A stretch of 64,000 nt of DNA. Source: Dimorphilus gyrociliatus. Taxonomy: Eukaryota; Animalia; Annelida. The stretch spans positions 858,570 through 922,569 of the forward strand of contig CAJFCJ010000019.1 in the NCBI GenBank assembly GCA_904063045.1. Direction: 5' to 3'. The notes below the pieces were generated by a model that saw only the letters and a list, made by a program, of their open reading frames with translations, did no database searches and was not told the DNA's origin. Numbering within the stretch: position 1 is the stretch's first letter; the number at the start of each line of letters is the position of its first letter. A program made the position numbers and the translations under genes. Shown here piece after piece: positions 1 to 16,507 of the stretch.

Positions 1-165
1 CATGCGCAAAATGCAGGAAATACAATATAATCGAAGATTATATGTTTTAAATATAGCTTATTGAAATATTATTCATATAGTGCGTTTTTTATCCTCCGAT
101 CGTTTTCGCTATGCAAATTTTTGGCGAAATATGTTTAATAGATTTTATGTTATCGGCAGATTGAT

Positions 166-1619
<1,454 letters not shown>

Positions 1620-2516
1620 AGACATTAAATCTATATTTCTATCATTAATTTCGATTCATATCATTGTATTATAGAGCATATTACTTTTATGGAGCTTTTT
1701 CAATAAATAAAGAAAATCAAAGAATATTTTCCTTAGAAATATTACCTATAAACTATTGAAGCATCAAACGTAAATAACAAAGGAAATCATGTGTACCACC
1801 TTCAAAAGGTCTCCAGTTGCTTGCAATCTGCAAATGCAACGGCTTTAAAACAATCTGTAATATTAAAGCAGGCAGTAAGAGGCAAATTTATAATAAGAAA
1901 ACAAAGTATCTTTCTCCGGGTTTTAGAGTACAGACGCCACCTACAGGAAACGAATAGAGTATCCTGAACGCATTAAGAAACAAAAACCTGTCAAGTTGAA
2001 AAAAAAAGTATTATCAAATGATGCTGCAGTACAATGGCTTCCTTTTCAATGTGGTAACAATATTCCTCATTGAAATAATAAGGTGTAAATACGTCCTTTG
2101 AACGAAACGTTGTTTTCTCGTTGAAAAACGAGAAACAGTAAGTATTTAGAATTTTATATGTCCTTGATTTAAATATTTACAGAGACGCCAGGTACAATTA
2201 CAGTATATATACACAGTATTTTATTTTATAAACTAAAAGCTTGACGTTTATTATACATCTTGTTTGATTTTATCTGACAAACAATGTTGAAATAAGTAAA
2301 AACTGTGTTATCAAATATCAGTATATATAAATATATACAGTACATGTAATGATAATCACCCGTATACTTATCAACTAACATTGCATACCTGTAAACTACA
2401 TTGTATAAATCTGTACATTTGTTATGTTGTGTCTATTTTATTTATATATATATGAAACATAATCCTTGAACTAGGTATGCAGATGGCGCTAGCCATCAAA
2501 AGAGGGATATCTTTTC

Positions 2517-5500
2517 CTATGAATTTTCAGTTGTCTGCATGATTAATCGAAAGCACATGGGAAACAAGCAAAAAAATTTTATTATTATTATCATTTTTAA
2601 AGTGTAAAATTCTTTGGCCAAACACATTTCGATGAAACCGTTTTATAGACGAAGGCGACTTCCTCTCCATATTTTTCTATTCGAGCCTTAATATCCGTTA
2701 ATACGAAATGACTTTTTAGTTTATCCTCTAGAAAATATTTACTTTGCTTTGAAATTTATAATTAAACTAAACCAGACTTTCTTTTTTAGCTTACCGACTC
2801 CTCTAACGACTGCATAAAGACCGTAGTCATTCGAATCTGATATCCTTAATCTATGGGCCAGCATGTTCGTTGCTTCGCGAACCGTCATCTTCGGACGAAC
2901 TGGTATGGGTTTGATGATAAAGCTATTTCTTACTTTATCGATAACGGCAATTTGTAAAACTCCTTCGAACTTTGAGTACAAGTCCTGTTTGGTTTTGATT
3001 TTGGTGTTTTTTTTATCAGCTTTAGTTGATTATTATTGATAAAATGAGAGAAAATCATGGAAAACGTACGGTTAATTCCTCCTTTGCCGCTTCTTTACCA
3101 AAAATATAAGGTAAGTACTTGAGAACGTGCAGGGCTGATCCTAAGGTTGATAAATAGTAACCAGATTCGCCACACGTTGAAGCAGGTTGAAGTAAAGCCC
3201 ACATGTAATTAATCTCTATCTGTAATAAATCACTGAATTAAATTAAAAGGGAATAAAGTTGGGAAAACTATTTGAACTCTACCTCATCCGTATAGACTCC
3301 AAGTCGAGAAAAGACAAAAATTAATGATGATAAGAAGACTAAGAATAGTAACAAATTGATAATTAAGAATTGTTAATGAATAGGAAGTTAGAAAAATGAT
3401 AGTATATTTAATTACAAACCGTTGCTTATTGATCGATTATTCAATAAATCTATTCTTATAGAACTCAATGTTTGTATTTTCGAGAGGGCGCCAATTAAAT
3501 TTTCTAATTTTTTTAACGGAGATGAGGCCTTTCTCATATTGACAAGAAAATGTTCTATAATTCCCATCATGGTATCATTTAGTCTACTTTCCATTTGCGC
3601 CTATTTTTATAATGAGAATGTTACAGTAGTTTGGTTTATTTTTAAATGGAGAGGGAAAAAAAGAAGAAAGTATAAAGTTAAAAACATTTACCGGTAAGCC
3701 CAGTTGCTCGGCGGACGTTGATTTAGCGCACTTAAGTCCCTCTCTTAATAATTCTATGTCTTTTTGTTGATGGTTCATAAATTTTTCAAAAACCAAATCC
3801 TTTAGGTCATTTACAACTAGTTCGTTTAAAGTATATTCGTATATGGCATTCAAATTGAGAAAAGTACCAGGTTCCAGCTAAATATAGTAAATAGTAGGAA
3901 GAGGAAGTGAAGAAAAGTAGAAAAGGAAAGAGAAGAAATGAAAAAAAGTAGAAAAATATAGTCAATTATTTTGATATAAAAATAAAATACTTTTAAAGCG
4001 TAACTATCGATCACGTGACGAATATTTTCTTCGGGTGAATGCAAGAGATAATTTTTCATACCGTCCATAAATTGTCGAATCTAATTGAAATGAAATATAT
4101 TCATTTTCTTGATGAATAATTCAGTTGTTAAAAGTTAGATTAATTTACGTTTCTGGTAATTGAGTAGGGATCAGTTTGCTTGGAATTCTTTGTACATTTT
4201 AAGAATTCGATTATACTTCTTCCAAAAGTTGAAGTATCACTTTTCATGTTAACAACGAATTCGTATATTTCCCAAGCAGGACTCCTTTGACCATCTCCAT
4301 TAAATTGAGGAATGTCTAAAGTTTCAGGGCCTTTACAATATGCAAATTAATTAAAGGTAATGTAATATTTATTTTTCATTATATTTAGAGTATTTTAATG
4401 AATTGATAACTTACAGAGAAATGCTAAATCTTGTTCTACTTTAGTATTATCGCTGAATTCTTCATACGATGTAGCATCGTTTAGAAACGGATGAACATAT
4501 TCCACGGCGGAAGTATCCGGAACTTCGGAATCGTCGACGCTCATTTGAGCGGAATCGCTAGCTACACGAAGGGCAAACCATACATCACTATGCCATGGGG
4601 TACTAAATTCAGTGACATCCGAATAACGATCCGTATCGACTGGTTTGACCTTGGCCTTTGAATCATTAACATTATCATAGAACGACCTTCTCCTAAACAC
4701 GTTTGTTTCTATTTGGACGTCGCTGAATTTCTCTGATTTTGTATTCGAATCGTATACAATCGATGAGTGACGGGACGATTCGTTAGGTCTAGGGTGATTG
4801 ATTGGACGTGGTTTAGGACGTCTCTTAACGTCGTTAGGAAGTGGAGGAGGTGCACACGACATTTGTATATTAGGACAAAAAGTTAACCAAAAATCTGGAA
4901 AAAAGTAAAAATCAAACAGTGGAAAAGTAGAAACACAACTGGAAAACTTTTATTCAACTATTGCAGATTTTTTTTTAATAGAATTGCAATCATCAAACGT
5001 ACTCTTTCCAAGTTTATTTAGCTCTCGTAATCCGTTTGCAGAAGCTGTACTCCATATAGGTGTAGGCAACTTTAACAAAGTTTCTAATCCGTATGAGTGA
5101 GTTGAATATCGCTCAAGAAGATGGATTATTGTGGGGGAAACAAATTTAGATTCTGCCAAGTAGATACCGTCTGGAGATTCTTCAATTCTATAATGATGCA
5201 GTATATTCTCTCCGATATGAACGGATAATACAAGCTTTTGATTTTCAACTGTTGAATCACTAGTGACTCGTACTATGAAATTCTGTGGAGCAGGCAAAAA
5301 ATAAGAAGAATGTTTTACAATAAAAAAAAAACTGCATAGACGTAAAACTGTATAGTTTGAAAATTGTAGAGGAAACACAAGTGTGTATTTGTACGCTGCC
5401 TTGTTATCTATATAGCATGTAAGCCTATAAAGAAATACCAGCGCCGCCTTCAAGGAACGGTATTTAATTATATAGGACTATAAAAAAGATACTATAGTAA

Positions 5501-7414
5501 GATTATCGTATAAAAATCGTATACAAACCCCGGGATTTGTATCCCTTAAAAGTTCGTTCACTTCCTGCCTATCGACTTTCAGGAACCATATATCACGAGT
5601 AGATTGTAACCGCTGGCTTAAAGAAATATTTTCGGGGAAATCGGAGTCGTTCACCTTCAAATTCGATCTGTAAGCGCGTAAAGTCGAGAGAATAAGTAGG
5701 TACGTTTCCTCCCTTATCTCTCGTTCTACTTTTACAAGCGATATGGAAAATATCACTTACCTTTGTTCATCATTTTCGCGCATTTCCGTTGTAGATAATA
5801 ATGTATCAGCTCGACGGGCGTCAATTAGAATACCGTCTAAATCACCTGCAATATTGGTGAGAAGCTAGGAAAAAACAGTGACTAATAAGTATTAGATGAG
5901 TAGATGGTTTATCCGTGAAACGCGAAACCGTCTAGTTAAAATTTAACCTCAGAACTCGTGTTTAAGTTAGTTTACAATAAAAAAAAACTAGTTGAAAGAG
6001 AGAAAACAATCCCATTTAAAGGAAACTAAATACTTTAAAATACAAGGAAAGAGAGAAGAAAAGATGAAGAAAAAACTAGGGAAAATAGTATTCAATGATG
6101 GGGAGTTAAATAGAATAAAAGATAAATAAGGGGAAAGGAAATGAATAGAAATAGGATTTATAGTTAAGCAACGGGGATCTAAACGTAAAAAAAAGCTATT
6201 GGCGTGCTAAACAAAAGATTGTAGACAGGAACTATGCGATAATATTTTATTCAGTAGAATTGATTATGCCAAATGTTTTATCTATCGTATAGCAATCAAG
6301 ACGATTCTAATATAAATCCACTTCATTTCCAATTTCACGAATGAATAATTCTAACTAGTCGACGCTAGAATTTAATACGGGATGACCAGAAAGAGAGTTA
6401 ATAATTATTACTACTACTTTGATATCTATAGACATAAAGGGTCCAAAAATATAAGATACTTATATAGGGATGTATATAAAATAATTACTTTTTCTCTCCG
6501 GATTATTATACTATTATTATCAATAAGTTAATTAATTATACGGATAGAAATTCGCTTATTAGGCGGGACTATAACAAAGCTATCTAAATATCAGATAATA
6601 CGTATAAAAGAGGAAATTTGTTCAGTGCTATATCCTTTAATGGCAACGCCATCTACAGTTTAACATATGAATTAATTATTCTAGAATAATCTAAAAAAAG
6701 GCTTTTTTCAAATTTATTACCAGCTCTAAATGAAATAAACTATGTTAATGCAATAAAAAGGCTATGAAAAATCGTATTTATGCGAAATGCATGCATATAT
6801 ATTTATATATATATTTATATATTTATATCGGTGTAGGTCTTCTCTCTTTCCTATTACTTTTTGTATTTTTCAATACCCCCTACCCTCCTCCCTCACTCCC
6901 CAATCCACCCACTCCCTTCCCCTATCTCTTATTCTTTGTTCCGATACATATATCTTTCCAATTAAAACAGATAAAGTTATAATGATCAATTATAAATATA
7001 GAAAAGACAAAGAAATAAGCTTAATTGTAATATACATAGTGTATATATATACATTAGTATATACACACACTACTGTATAATTTAATCCTTGTCTCTTTTA
7101 CCAACATAAATCACGAAATTGTTTATATTTTCATTGTATATATACAGTATATACATTATACAAGCTTATTCCGCTCTTTCGTTCCTTTTTTTAGTACACT
7201 GACTGTCAAGAATTGCATGTAAAAAGACTAAATAAATAAATAAAAAGGCCTTTTTTCTTAGTTTAACATGCTTATAAAATGTAAAAATATAACTATTCTC
7301 ATGCCATTTTTTTTAAGTTTTCATGAATATATATATATATATATATGGTATATATATTCTATATAAACCATATACCTGATCAATTATTGTCCATTCTCTG
7401 CCTACGAATGGCAT
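2517..7414 (-). CDS. RIN2: Ras and Rab interactor (RIN/Sprint-like): SH2, Pro-rich, RH, VPS9 and RA domains; multi-exon
   Basis: Spliced SH2 domain (DIWFLKVDRQEVNELLRDTNPG|NFIVRVTS..HHYRIEES), PPPLP tract, RIN-homology motif TRN|IRQFMDGMKNYL, VPS9 motif INYMWALLQPASTCGESGYYLSTLGSAL and RA domain (IPVRPKMTVREATNMLAHRLRISDSNDYGLY). Putative start MPFVGREWTIIDQ (7414-7376) splices in phase 0 to LLTNIAGDLDG (5864). The start, the stop and one VPS9 junction are uncertain. Confidence 0.85.
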
Positions 7415-10400
7415 TTTCTACTTGACGGTCAGAGACGAACTGCAATAACAGTCCACTCTCATCATGATTCGATCGATAGTCAAACAACAACTGTTTCCGA
7501 AAGACTATACTGTCCAGGCCTTGTTATCATAACAAGGACAACGAAGAATTATCAACTATTTAACAAACAATTAAACCAATCAAAAACACTATTAACTATA
7601 CCTGTATAATTTCGTCATATACTTTATTAAATTTCGCTTTTTCAATTGGATCCATGTAAGGAATGTATGAATTATTATTCATTATGCTAAATATTTTGCT
7701 CTTTTTCTCTCAGTCTACTTATCTCGGCTACTATATATCAACAAATATTATAGCGGCGATATCTCGTACGTTAAAGGGTGATAAGAAAAAAATAATTACG
7801 CCTATTTGTTAGCAATTGGACTTTTATCCTACTTAATTTAGGCACAAAAAGAAAATAGCTGAATGTATAAATAAATAAATAAGTAAATAAATGATGAATG
7901 GTTTGATAAAGATAGATTGAAAGAATTAAGACAGTTAAAAGAATTAAAAGAGACGAAGATGTATATAGACAATATATAGAATAAATATATCGCTTAGGAA
8001 GAAAAAAAGAAAGAAAGAAATAGAGTCAGAGAGAGAGAGAGAGAAAAAAAGAATCTACAAACAAATGTGCTATTTTTTTTATACAATCAATGTTAAATGT
8101 TAAAATCAGCACTTAAGGCTTAAAACTGAAATTAGAGCCGATGTACAGTGTATATTTTAAGCTCGCCTTTAGAAACATTGGGAAACTTTAATAGATGCTA
8201 ATTGAATTACGAAATCCTTGAAGGCAATAAACCCGATGGAAAGAAGTTGTTAATCGGTAGATGGCGTTCTTGTAGTAATAGTGACGCTTTTAATCGATAC
8301 GAAACATCTATTAATTAAGCAAAAATACGCCAGACATGGCAGAAGGCTTATAACTATTGGAGAATAAATAATAGAAAAAGGACGAAAAACGAACGAACAA
8401 GAGACGAGAAAATGTCAACGGGTCGTGTAATGCAATTGGAACGTCGCCGATTCGTCATATAAACTAGGCTAAAAGTACATGAAATAGATAGATAGTCCAT
8501 CCGAATTAACTAGACTATTTACCCCTATATCCGAAATCGATATCTATCAAACGTTTTCGATTATTAAGCGAGTATTTCCCGTTTGTAATCTTATTATTTT
8601 GTTAAGGCGCGAAAAAAAATCCAAGTAAAACTCCTATTCCTGGAATTTGGCGTCTCTCATTTACTATCAATAAAAACAAACATGATTTTCATGGAAATTT
8701 ACTAAAACGGGTATAGTAAAAGTACGACCAAGAAATATAAAAAGATAACACGTGTGTCGTTTCGTTTTCAATTATTCGTCCCAGATGGCTATGTGGGGCT
8801 GCGGGTGCGATTCGTTGCGGTAACCGCATTGCAGTGCCGCAGATTGCGGACAGGGATGTTGCCACGCGCGAGAGAGATGATAAAAAAAATAGGTGACAGG
8901 TGATCAGCATCCGCTGTTGATGCGACAGCCGAGTTTAAATTACGTTTATGTAGGTTGTATTCAGATAATTCCTGTTCTCCCCTATCCCTCATCTTTTTAA
9001 ATACAACTTTTAAATGGTTTTCAAATTAATAGTCATTGAAAAGAGTTTTTTTTTGTTTCTTTTTTTTTCAAATTTCACGTCTGTTAAAGTTTATATGTGA
9101 TCATATTCTTACATCCTCTTTAACGGGTGACGAAAGCTAAACGACCTTGTTAAAAGACTTGTAAAAAATTTTATACCCTCGATCATTGGTCTTACCTTCA
9201 GAAGCCTATAGAGCGCACTCTTTTAGCTTGTCAAAAAAGAAAGTAAAAGATTTATTTTCGTATCATTGCTTAGAAGTTAACAGGATAAATGAAATGTAGA
9301 GAATATTGAGTGTATTTTTTTAGTTGTACCCAAAAAAAATGAATTCTTCTCTCTCTCTCTCTTAGTTTCTTTTAATGTATCCAAGTCTATAAATTTTCTC
9401 CCTTCTCTTCTCTCTATCTCTTTTTCTGTCCACCGTCTTTTCCCTCTCTCTCTCTCTCTCTATCTATTCTTTTAAAAAGAAGAGTGAAATTATTAATGAA
9501 ATTTTAATAAGATATACTAGAATGTTTATAGGCCATTCTCCATTGTTATTTGAAAGAGTGCAGTAAAAAAAAGTACTTTCATCTGTAAATTATATTTATA
9601 TTGATAAATTTGCACACCTAGTAGTCTCGGCCTTGCTTCAGTTATTTATCGATGTAAATTCGCTAAGGATCGGCAATCACTAAACCGATAAGTTTGGCAT
9701 TGTTTACAAAATGGTTTGATATAGTAATTCATACTAGAAAGGCACAAAAAAAAGAAATCCCATCAACTAGACTTTTTGGCGGTAAAATTATGTTCCATTC
9801 GAATGATGCAAAATTTCACTTACATACCAACACTTTATTTCATTATACATATAAAAATACCGATTAGGCCTTTAGATTTTGCTGATACTACCTAGTTTTT
9901 AAGTAAAAAATTCGAAATAATAACAATATACTACCAAGAATATAAATGACATGTAAATTAAAATATTCCCAATAGAGACTGCCGAAATCCAGCATTGGCT
10001 ATTTGTAAGAATTAATTTACAAGAATTTTTTCCCAAATAACTTTTAGTATATTATTTAAAAGCCTTTTGATTAGGACACCCTGTAATTGTTAAAGATAAT
10101 TTTGCTAACTTATTTGATGGGAAAACACGAGTCTACATCAAATAGGCCTATCAAATATACGCCTGCACTTTTTCCGCAATGCGTTACCGCAATGGCGAAT
10201 TTTTCAGCCAATCAGCGAGCTTTCGTTTAAAATCGAACCGCCACGTCGCGCCAGTACCAATTTTTTAAATAATATAGTTCCACACTTTTCTTTATATAAT
10301 TCTTTTAAAAATAGATATTTTTCACCATTATCAAAAGGTATAGGTAGAAAAGTTATTTTTACATATTAAGTAACCTCTGTATAAGCAGTATTGGCTGTAA

Positions 10401-10549
10401 CGTTGAATTTGATACCGATGCGTATGAATATATGTCCTTAGCCGGACCGAAAGCCGCACTTTCCGGACTACTTGCCAAGGCCCCGCGCATACTCGCATTA
10501 GACGTGCTCATCTCGTGTTCTCCGCATAAACCTTCGCATATTCCAAAAA

Positions 10550-11943
<1,394 letters not shown>

Positions 11944-13053
11944 GCGGGGCGCTGCACTCTCATTCTTTGTAGATCTGTCTCCTGCATTGCGGAAGAAAAG
12001 CGTTTTATTTTTAACGTACAATGTCTGCAACGTATGGAGTCGTTCGTCGGAGCTACAGCGTCCTTATTCGTTGGATCTACGACGAAGCTTTCGCGCCATT
12101 ATATAATAGTTCTATTTCTTTTTTGTAAGAAAAACGTTAAACTAATCATTGCTCCGCTTTTCTTTCATGTATGAATTATAATCTATATCTTTGTCTGTAA
12201 AATATCACATACTTTCCAACAAGATTTTCATGTTGATTGTTCAAAAAAAAAAAAAATATGGCTTATAACACACTTCAGTAGTAGGATTTGAGTTTTGCGA
12301 CAGTAGAAAATAGAATCTAATTAACCTACTTAGGCGTCGGTCGAGAGAAATTGCGCAACTAATCGAATCGGGAAAAATCGAAAATTTTAGCGCGCGTTTC
12401 GACAGTGCTGCCACCCAATGGCGGAATAATGGCGTCATCGGCGGCTGCGTGCTTTCTATGCCGGTCGGTTAAAGGCGATTTTTTGGCTACAATTACTTCA
12501 TGTTACGCCCTGAAAAATTGTCAAACGCTGTCGTAAATTGTTGGCGAAGGTAATCGTATAAAGTTTGTCGTCGAAAGAGGTAAGATCTCTTAGAAAACTC
12601 GAATTTTTCTTCTAAAGATTATTCTTGCCGCCCTGCATGCATAATCAATGAGCCGCCGCCATATATATGCTTGAAACCGAGTCGGCTTTTTAGGCCTGCG
12701 ACAGGGTATAACTTTAAATCTTTCTTACGAAAAATGTTCGATATGAACGATATATTCAAAAGTGGTACAAGTTTTTTAATATAAAGATACCCAAGAACAA
12801 ATGTGAATGGGTTGTAACGAATATGCAGATGAGCTTGCCGCAATGGCGCAGATGCAAGCGGTGAATCATCTAGAGGATTTCACCTGCTGGAGTAGATAGG
12901 TCTAGACTTGGACTAGTCAGTGGTTGCATTTTTTCTGTGTTATTCACAATGAATGTTGTTATTTTTGTTTTTAGTTGTAAATCTGAATATTATAATGTTT
13001 CAGAAACTAATTATTGAAAAATAAAGCAGGTGACTAAACAAAGAAAACGGCTG

Positions 13054-13067
13054 CGATAGGGGGCGCT
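13054..13067 (+). promoter_or_regulatory. CTCF-like motif CGATAGGGGGCGCT upstream of the miRNA hairpin
   Basis: Matches the CTCF core consensus (CCASYAGRKGGCRS) by eye. Confidence 0.5.
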
Positions 13068-13144
13068 TGTGTGTTCTTTGTCCTTCCTCGAACTTCACTA
13101 CATAAAGCGGACTGCGTCTGACCCGGCCGTATTACACGCCAAGT

Positions 13145-13227
13145 CGGTGGTTCGGTGGGGCTGTTTGAGCCGGCAGAATCCGTTAAGAGGTATTCTGCAG
13201 GTACACATCAGCCCCATTTAGCCATCG
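13145..13227 (+). ncRNA. mir-1997: pre/pri-miRNA hairpin; 3p arm (13194-13216) resembles annelid miR-1997
   Basis: Stem of about 35 bp: CGGTGGTTCGGTGGGGCTG...GCAGAATCC, loop GTTAAGA, GGTATTCTGC...CAGCCCCATTTAGCCATCG. The 3p sequence TCTGCAGGTACACATCAGCCCCA differs by 1 nt from Capitella miR-1997 as I recall it (UCUGCAGGUUCACAUCAGCCCCA). The family name rests on memory and needs a database check. Confidence 0.78.
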
Positions 13228-14296
13228 TTTTTCATCGTCTATATCTACAACAACTACTACAATATCTACTACGATTGGAGCTGCTGTTATCTGAACATTT
13301 TTTGAATTTGTTTCGACGCTGACCTATTTTTCACACGCACCTTACGTAATTTTTACTTCTCTCTCTTCTCTCTTTCTCTCTCTCTCTGTCTTCGCAATTT
13401 TTTCAGTGAATCGGTTAATTTCAGCAGTAGAATTTTAGCATTATTTATCTTCTCTACTGATTTTTCGAAACCTAAAAATCGCCAGATTTCTCGTAAGCGT
13501 GATCATTGAACAAAGGGGCGACTCATGTGCAGGCACATACACACAAAGAAAAGTTGGGCTGTCTGCATGTATGAATCTGCTCCTCTATTCTTTGTTCGGC
13601 ATCTTCTGCATGCTATTTAGTTTTTGCATGCATTTTTTTTTCCCTCCCTGTTCTCGTTTTAACATACAATGCTACATTCTTTTTCTCTGAACGAAATCTT
13701 GAAATAATACAGTTTAAAAATAATTTAAAATCACTCGTTTTGAACAAAGAAGCGTGACCGACGCCAGCAAGTTGTATTAAACCGCTAGAGGGCGTGTTCC
13801 GATGCCCGCCGTTTTACCTCTTGTTCTTAAAAAGTTCATATCCTTTTTTTTTCCAATTATAACACAAGAAATTAGTAAGAATGACTAAAATTTCAGTCAT
13901 TTATCATAACACAATAATATCCGTATAAGTATGATTAAACATGAATAATGAGGGGATGAACAAGTTTAATAATATAGAAATAAAGGGAAAAAATGCGTGG
14001 CCGAATGTAGACGTTAATTTTTCGCTGTGCATACCCGACTAACCCTGAAGTAACCCCTTGTTGTATATAGGTGAAGTATTTCGCGAACTGCCATTTTTGC
14101 TCTCGATCGCGAAATCTTGAATGTTACAAAAGAATAAATAAAGGCATAGTTTTAATAATGTAACAAGCGTAAAATATTAATATACGATGAGACTGCTCCC
14201 CCTATTATATTGATTAAAGAAACAAAAGATAGTGTTAAATCGACTCGTTTGGTCAATGTGCATATGCCATTTCAGTTAGAGAAGACTACTACTAAA

Positions 14297-15070
14297 ATGG
14301 TAAATATACACAATTCGCGAAATTTCTTGTTTTTGCACCGAATAAGGAAAGTGACTGGCGTCTTCTTTGTCTTCAGACAGAAACCGCAAAATCGCAGCTG
14401 TCCGATGAGCAACTTTCCGGTTAGAACAAAGAGCTTGAATTAGTTTTTGAAAGGACATTTTACCCATTGTTTGTAGAATTTCAAGAGGCTTTCGCGCTTT
14501 TCGACAAAGATGGCGACGGAGTAATTACAACGAAAGAACTAGGAACGGTAATGAGGTCACTAGGGCAGAATCCTTCTGATACAGAATTACAAGACATGAT
14601 TAATGAAGTTGATGTCGATGGTTTGTTAGAGAAAATTTTTCCATCTCTATTTTTATTTCTACATCAATAAAGTCGTTAAACGAAAATGTATATTTTCTTT
14701 GGTCTAGGAAATGGAACTATCGACTTTAACGAATTCCTAAGTATGATGGCGAAGCAAACTTCGGATAAAAACGATGGTGAACACGAAATGGAAGAAGCTT
14801 TCAAAGCCTTTGACAAAGACGGTGATGGATTCATTTCGGCTGCCGAATTACGACAAGTGATGCTGAGTATAGGTGAAAAGTTAACGGATGCCGAAGTTGG
14901 TGAAATGATTCGAGAGGCCGATAGAGATGGTGACGGCCTAATAAGCTACTCTGGTAAGGATGTCAGTATATATAAAGTATAAATAAAGTTTTTTATAGTA
15001 TATACTACAGATAAGCATCATTATGTATGTTACTATATACAAGCATACTGCATTTATAGTTTGCAAATTG

Positions 15071-15103
<33 letters not shown>

Positions 15104-15192
15104 TTAGCAAACAACAACAAAAATTAATACGTCCTTATTTCTTTCTTTCTTTTCTTTCTACAGAGTTCGTCGTTATGATGTGTTCAAAATAA
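14297..15192 (+). CDS. Calmodulin-like protein (divergent CaM paralog, 4 EF-hands), 5 coding exons
   Basis: ATG|gt at 14297-14299; exons 14377-14419, 14477-14620, 14708-14953 and 15164-15192. Translation [38 protein letters not shown]...[20 protein letters not shown]. Confidence 0.92.
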
Positions 15193-16507
15193 CGATCGAT
15201 AAAGTATACCCACCCGTCACCAGATGGCGAAAAGCACTCAATTTATATTTCTTTATTTTCTCAATGTTTGCATTTGAATTTGAAAGAGAAAATTGAATAG
15301 GACAATTGTTTGGCACATTCCTGTTAATTATGAATATTTATTTGTTTCATGAACAATAACATGCTTTAATATTTTCATTCCGTCCGTAAAATATAACAAC
15401 ATTTCATAAACAAATACCTATCCTCTCTTAATTAATGCCTTTCTCAAATGGTTTTACTATTTGGTTATTCATAACTTGATGCTTTATTTTAAATAGGTTT
15501 GAAAAGATAGACGAGTTTGCAATATTAATAGACGCCGCAGAATTACCATTTGACAATCTACCCACGCGTATACAACGAAATTCAGCCGCATTGCAAACAT
15601 TCTGTACACACAACTAAGGAATAGATAAAAACTCATGAATTATTATACATAGATTGTGGATCATTTCTACAAAATTTAACGTTGGTGGTACATTTGTGAA
15701 TATGAATTTTCTATTCTTTTTAACACCGTTTCAATGTGATCCATTCAATCAGCCTACATTCTTATTGTAGTTACAATGTCAAATAACAATAAAACTGCCC
15801 GTATTTTCAAGACGTCCTATTTTGAATGGAAAAACGGCATCGCATACAGAATGAACTCCCGACGTCTATACGTAATAGCATATATTGCTACTTCTCTGGC
15901 CCACTCTTTCTTTGAGCCTCTCTTATATCTTTATTATTTCTTTCTCTCCCTCTGCACTCCTTATTTCTTTCTTTATCCATAATCTCTCTCTCTCTTTCTT
16001 TCTTTTCAAAAAAATCTACTAACAATGCGTAAACAGCGTTAGACAGACTCGTATTTTTTACTGTTTTATGGTCCTACAAGCTCTCTTTATAAAGTAAACA
16101 ATTGAGAAGCAATATCTTATCATTAATTTAGCATCAAATTTGCAACGGTTTACCGTTTTACAGCAAAGGGTGATCGAGGTACGTCAACTTACATTTTCTC
16201 TTTGTGTAGAAGGGAAAGTAAAGTATTACGTAAGAATAAAAATCGGGGCAATCTCTCAGAAACTCTCTTTAGCGTACAAGTCTCAATGATTAAAGAATGA
16301 AACTGTAACTTTGATAAGAGTTATCAATTCTAATTTTGTTTTTGATCTTTTTATTATTGTTATTGTTTTTTTAAAAAAAAAACAAGGAAAGAACATTAAT
16401 TTCAATCTTTTTTTGGAAGTGAAATATATGGAAACAAAAGAAAAATTCTTATGTACTCGCTACGAGAGAGTAGGACGTGTTCAAAATACCGATCAATATT
16501 TTCTTGT

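Noticed and set aside
6764-7080. ORF-track entries made of TA, GA or pyrimidine-rich sequence (also 31676-33640, 36358-36591, 43163-43360, 46056-46326, 55266-55556)
   Set aside because: Low-complexity translations of microsatellites, introns or UTRs; many start at TTG/GTG, which is not meaningful in this eukaryote.
15428-15982. Short ORFs (61-68 aa) on both strands between the CaM-like gene and the orphan gene
   Set aside because: No consistent splice model or recognisable domain; stops in all frames.
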